DNA of 64,000 nucleotides from NCBI RefSeq assembly GCF_058153355.1, contig NZ_CM177019.1; one strand, 5' to 3'. Shown piece by piece: positions 60,352 to 64,000 of this stretch (position 1 is its first letter; each line of letters starts with the position of its first letter). The notes under the pieces were generated by a model. It saw only the letters and a program-made list of their open reading frames with translations, ran no database searches and was not told where the DNA came from. The position numbers and the translations under genes were made by a program.

Positions 60352-61560
60352 ATGACCGTAAATTCTTCACGTAATGCATTGAAACGCCGAACCTGGGCGC
60401 TGTTTATGTTCTTCTTTTTGCCGGGCCTGTTAATGGCGTCCTGGGCAACTCGTACACCTGCTATCCGCGATATTCTTTCTGTTTCGATCGCTGAAATGGG
60501 CGGAGTCCTCTTTGGTCTGTCGATCGGTTCAATGAGCGGTATTCTCTGCTCGGCGTGGTTAGTGAAACGCTTTGGGACGCGGAATGTCATCCAGGTCACG
60601 ATGTCCTGCGCATTGATCGGGATGATGATATTAAGTCTGGCACTCTGGCTGACATCGCCCCTGCTCTTTGCCGTTGGTCTCGGCGTCTTTGGGGCAAGTT
60701 TTGGTTCTGCGGAAGTGGCGATAAACGTTGAAGGTGCTGCCGTTGAGCGAGAAATGAATAAGACGGTTTTGCCGATGATGCACGGTTTTTATAGCCTGGG
60801 CACGCTGGCAGGCGCTGGTGTCGGGATGGCACTGACGGCCTTTGGCGTTCCGGCAACGGTGCACATTTTATTGGCGGCGCTGGTAGGCATCGCGCCTATT
60901 TATATCGCCATTCAGGCAATCCCTGACGGTACGGGCAAAAATGCTGCCGATGGCACCCAGCATGGTGAAAAAGGCGTACCTTTTTATCGGGATATCCAGT
61001 TGCTGCTGATTGGTGTTGTGGTACTGGCGATGGCCTTTGCCGAAGGTTCTGCCAACGACTGGTTACCCTTATTAATGGTTGACGGTCACGGTTTTAGCCC
61101 TACTTCCGGCTCGCTGATTTATGCCGGTTTTACCCTGGGGATGACTGTTGGACGCTTTACCGGCGGTTGGTTCATCGACCGTTATAGTCGCGTTGCCGTG
61201 GTTCGGGCCAGTGCACTGATGGGAGCGTTGGGTATTGGGCTGATTATTTTTGTCGATAGCGCCTGGGTCGCTGGGGTGTCTGTTGTACTTTGGGGACTGG
61301 GGGCCTCGCTGGGCTTCCCGCTGACCATTTCTGCCGCCAGCGATACCGGCCCCGATGCACCGACCCGCGTCAGCGTAGTGGCGACGACCGGTTATCTGGC
61401 TTTCCTCGTCGGGCCGCCGCTGCTGGGCTATCTCGGCGAACATTATGGATTACGTAGTGCAATGCTGGTTGTACTGGCGCTGGTTATTCTTGCGGCTATT
61501 GTCGCGAAAGCCGTCGCCAAACCCAATACCAAAACGCAGACGGCGATGGAGAATAGTTGA
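60352..61560 (+). CDS. ybjJ: MFS transporter YbjJ
   Basis: 402-aa 12-TM-like ORF. Confidence 0.92.
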   Translation: MTVNSSRNALKRRTWALFMFFFLPGLLMASWATRTPAIRDILSVSIAEMGGVLFGLSIGSMSGILCSAWLVKRFGTRNVIQVTMSCALIGMMILSLALWLTSPLLFAVGLGVFGASFGSAEVAINVEGAAVEREMNKTVLPMMHGFYSLGTLAGAGVGMALTAFGVPATVHILLAALVGIAPIYIAIQAIPDGTGKNAADGTQHGEKGVPFYRDIQLLLIGVVVLAMAFAEGSANDWLPLLMVDGHGFSPTSGSLIYAGFTLGMTVGRFTGGWFIDRYSRVAVVRASALMGALGIGLIIFVDSAWVAGVSVVLWGLGASLGFPLTISAASDTGPDAPTRVSVVATTGYLAFLVGPPLLGYLGEHYGLRSAMLVVLALVILAAIVAKAVAKPNTKTQTAMENS

Positions 61561-62375
61561 TGAGCATTAAATTAATTGCGGTTGACATGGATGGTACTTT
61601 CTTAAGCGATCAAAAAACCTATAACCGTGAGCGGTTTATGGCTCAGTATCAGCAGATGAAAGCACAAGGCATTCGCTTTGTGGTCGCCAGCGGGAATCAA
61701 TATTATCAGTTAATCTCTTTCTTCCCTGAAATTGCTAATGAAATTGCCTTTGTGGCTGAAAACGGCGGTTGGGTTGTAAGCGAAGGCAAAGATGTTTTTA
61801 ATGGCGAGCTGTCGAAGGATGCGTTTGCTACTGTGGTGGAACATTTACTGACGCGCCCAGAAGTGGAAATTATTGCCTGCGGAAAAAATAGCGCCTATAC
61901 CCTCAAAAAATATGACGATGCCATGAAAACGGTAGCGGAAATGTATTATCACCGTCTGGAATACGTCGATAACTTTGATAATTTAGAAGATATCTTCTTT
62001 AAGTTTGGCCTGAATCTTTCCGATGAACTGATTCCACAAGTGCAAAAAGCATTACATGAGACCATCGGCGATATTATGGTGCCGGTCCACACCGGCAACG
62101 GCAGCATCGATCTGATTATCCCCGGCGTACATAAAGCGAATGGCCTGCGCCAACTTCAGAAATTATGGGGAATAGACGACAGCGAAGTGGTGGTCTTCGG
62201 CGATGGTGGTAACGATATTGAGATGCTGCGTCAGGCAGGCTTTAGTTTTGCGATGGAAAATGCTGGCAGCGCGGTCGTCGCAGCGGCAAAATACCGGGCA
62301 GGCTCCAATAATCATGAAGGTGTACTGGATGTGATCGATAAAGTTCTTAAACACGAAGCGCCTTTTGATCAATAA
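61560..62375 (+). CDS. ybjI: HAD-family phosphatase YbjI
   Basis: ATG at 61560 ([15 protein letters not shown]) overlapping the ybjJ stop; HAD motif I DMDGT. Confidence 0.93.
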   Translation: MSIKLIAVDMDGTFLSDQKTYNRERFMAQYQQMKAQGIRFVVASGNQYYQLISFFPEIANEIAFVAENGGWVVSEGKDVFNGELSKDAFATVVEHLLTRPEVEIIACGKNSAYTLKKYDDAMKTVAEMYYHRLEYVDNFDNLEDIFFKFGLNLSDELIPQVQKALHETIGDIMVPVHTGNGSIDLIIPGVHKANGLRQLQKLWGIDDSEVVVFGDGGNDIEMLRQAGFSFAMENAGSAVVAAAKYRAGSNNHEGVLDVIDKVLKHEAPFDQ

Positions 62376-62460
62376 AAACGGTAGCACGCCCGGCAACACA
62401 AAGCCTGAATGAAGGCTGCATAATTCGCAGAAATTAACCCGCTGCATTATTTCAGGCGAA

Positions 62461-62745
62461 ATGATTATGAGAAATTGTCTACTGTTGGGCGCGCTTTTAA
62501 TGGGCTTTACTGGTGTGGCAATGGCGCAAAGTGTCACCGTCGATGTGCCGAGTGGATACAAAGTGGTTGTGGTCCCTGATTCAGTCAGCGTTCCACAAGC
62601 AGTCAGCGTCGCGACTGTGCCGCAAACCGTCTATGTGGCTCCTGCGCCAGCTCCGGCTTACCGCCCGCATCCGTATGTTCGCCATCTTGCCAGCGTAGGT
62701 GAAGGGATGGTTATCGAACACCAGATTGATGACCATCACCATTAA
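62461..62745 (+). CDS. ybjH: Small secreted protein YbjH
   Basis: 94-aa ORF with signal peptide and Val/Pro-rich repeats, ending DDHHH. Confidence 0.85.
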   Translation: MIMRNCLLLGALLMGFTGVAMAQSVTVDVPSGYKVVVVPDSVSVPQAVSVATVPQTVYVAPAPAPAYRPHPYVRHLASVGEGMVIEHQIDDHHH

Positions 62746-62751
62746 TTTGAA

Positions 62752-62787
62752 AATGCCTGATTGCTTTGCGCAACCAGGCATTTTTTT
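62752..62787. terminator. Bidirectional hairpin terminator between ybjH and mdfA
   Basis: AATGCCTG-loop-CAGGCATT followed by T7. Confidence 0.6.
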
Positions 62788-64000
62788 ACCCTTCGTGCGA
62801 ATTACCCATCTGTTTATCTTTTAAAAAGATAACCATCAGCAGCAGCCACAAAATCCCGTTGGCAAGGTTGAAGAGATTAAACAGGCCGTTGCCCCCATTC
62901 AGCCAGGCATGTTTGCTGATTTCAATACCGACGGTAAAAATAAGCATTTGCAACATTCCCATCGCCGCAGAAACCGTACCTTTACTCATATCGCTGGCAA
63001 ACAGGGTCAATCGCACCAATCCCGCATTCGCCAGGCCAATACCGAAAGCATAAATACTTAACCCAGCGGTCATCCACAAATACGCGTGCGATGAGATAAC
63101 CGTTGCCGCAGCAGCGACCAACAGGCCAATCATAATTGGCCAGCCGCCCATAATAATCAATGAACGTACGGTGCGGCGCGAGGTCAGACGCGCTAGCAGC
63201 AAGTTACCCGCAATTAATGCCCCGAAAATAGGCACTTGCAGCAAGCCATATTCATAGCTACTCAACTGCTCGCCGGTAATGATGATAATCGGCGACTGGG
63301 CGATCCACGCCAGCAACGGCAGGCTAACAAAACCCAGCGCCAGTGCCCCTGCCACAAAGCGACCGTTCTTCAGCACCAGCTTATAGTCACGACCGAGTTC
63401 TTTCAGCGACAGTTTCTCGCCTATACGCGTGGCGGTTTCAGGCATGGCTCGTTGCAGACCGAAAAAGGAGATCGCTGCCAATGCGGCAAACAAGACAAAC
63501 ATCCCCTCCCAGGGCAGCACATGGATCCACGCCGCGCCCACCAGCGGACCGAGTAGCGGCGCAATCAGCGCCACGTTCGCCATCAGCGCGGTGATCTTGA
63601 TACAAACCGCCTCTTCGAAGGACTCCTGAATTGCAGCGTAACCCACAGCGCCAATGAAACAGAGGCTTATGCCCTGCAAGAAGCGCAACAGCGTGAATTG
63701 TTCAATGTTTTGCGCCAGTAATATCGCCAGACAAGTGATGATAAACCACACTACCCCCGCCAGCATCACCGGACGGCGACCAATACGATCCGACAGTGGT
63801 CCCAGCAGCCACTGTAAAAACATCCCGCCCGCCAGATACGCGGTCATCGAAGTAGGAACCCAATCAATGCCCGCCTGATACTGCTCCACCACGGCCAACA
63901 TGCCGGGTTGAATCATATCGTTGCCGATATAGGTTGAAAATTCGTAAAGCACCAGACAGAGAGGGAAAAGTAACGCCTGACGTCCAAGCCTGGCACCGGA
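62786..64000 (-). CDS. mdfA: Multidrug efflux MFS transporter MdfA (Cmr), 5' end beyond the window
   Basis: Minus-strand ORF to the window edge; contains [24 protein letters not shown] and C-terminal [11 protein letters not shown]; recognised as MdfA. Confidence 0.93.
   Translation of the reverse strand, partial: SGARLGRQALLFPLCLVLYEFSTYIGNDMIQPGMLAVVEQYQAGIDWVPTSMTAYLAGGMFLQWLLGPLSDRIGRRPVMLAGVVWFIITCLAILLAQNIEQFTLLRFLQGISLCFIGAVGYAAIQESFEEAVCIKITALMANVALIAPLLGPLVGAAWIHVLPWEGMFVLFAALAAISFFGLQRAMPETATRIGEKLSLKELGRDYKLVLKNGRFVAGALALGFVSLPLLAWIAQSPIIIITGEQLSSYEYGLLQVPIFGALIAGNLLLARLTSRRTVRSLIIMGGWPIMIGLLVAAAATVISSHAYLWMTAGLSIYAFGIGLANAGLVRLTLFASDMSKGTVSAAMGMLQMLIFTVGIEISKHAWLNGGNGLFNLFNLANGILWLLLMVIFLKDKQMGNSHEG

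Overview
This window is an Escherichia coli chromosomal segment, read in reverse orientation relative to the K-12 map, running from dmsB (partial) to mdfA (partial). Gene order matches the K-12 backbone as I recall it: dmsBA, serS, rarA, lolA, ftsK, lrp, trxB, cydDC, aat, infA, serW, clpA, clpS, cspD, macBA, ybjX, ybjD, aqpZ, lysO, hcp-hcr, poxB, ltaE, ybjT, ybjS, amiD, ybjQ, ybjP, artPIQM, artJ, rlmC, ybjO, potIHGF, ybjN, rimK, nfsA, ybjC, grxA, ybjM, ybjL, rybB, rcdA, ybjJ, ybjI, ybjH, mdfA. Three things depart from that backbone. (1) An AT-rich islet of about 2.5 kb sits between ybjQ and ybjP and carries a single ~590-aa ORF with a clear pentapeptide-repeat block; this is my best candidate for an undescribed accessory function, possibly a type III effector-like protein, but that is inference only. 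(2) An IS110-family element of about 1.28 kb, which I read as IS621, is inserted into a REP/BIME between artM and artJ; its left end encodes what looks like the bridge RNA. (3) rlmC carries an in-frame amber codon at codon 19. The rest is conserved core metabolism. I found no CRISPR array, rRNA, prophage or integron. All identifications are from reading the sequence and recalled protein families; no database search was run.
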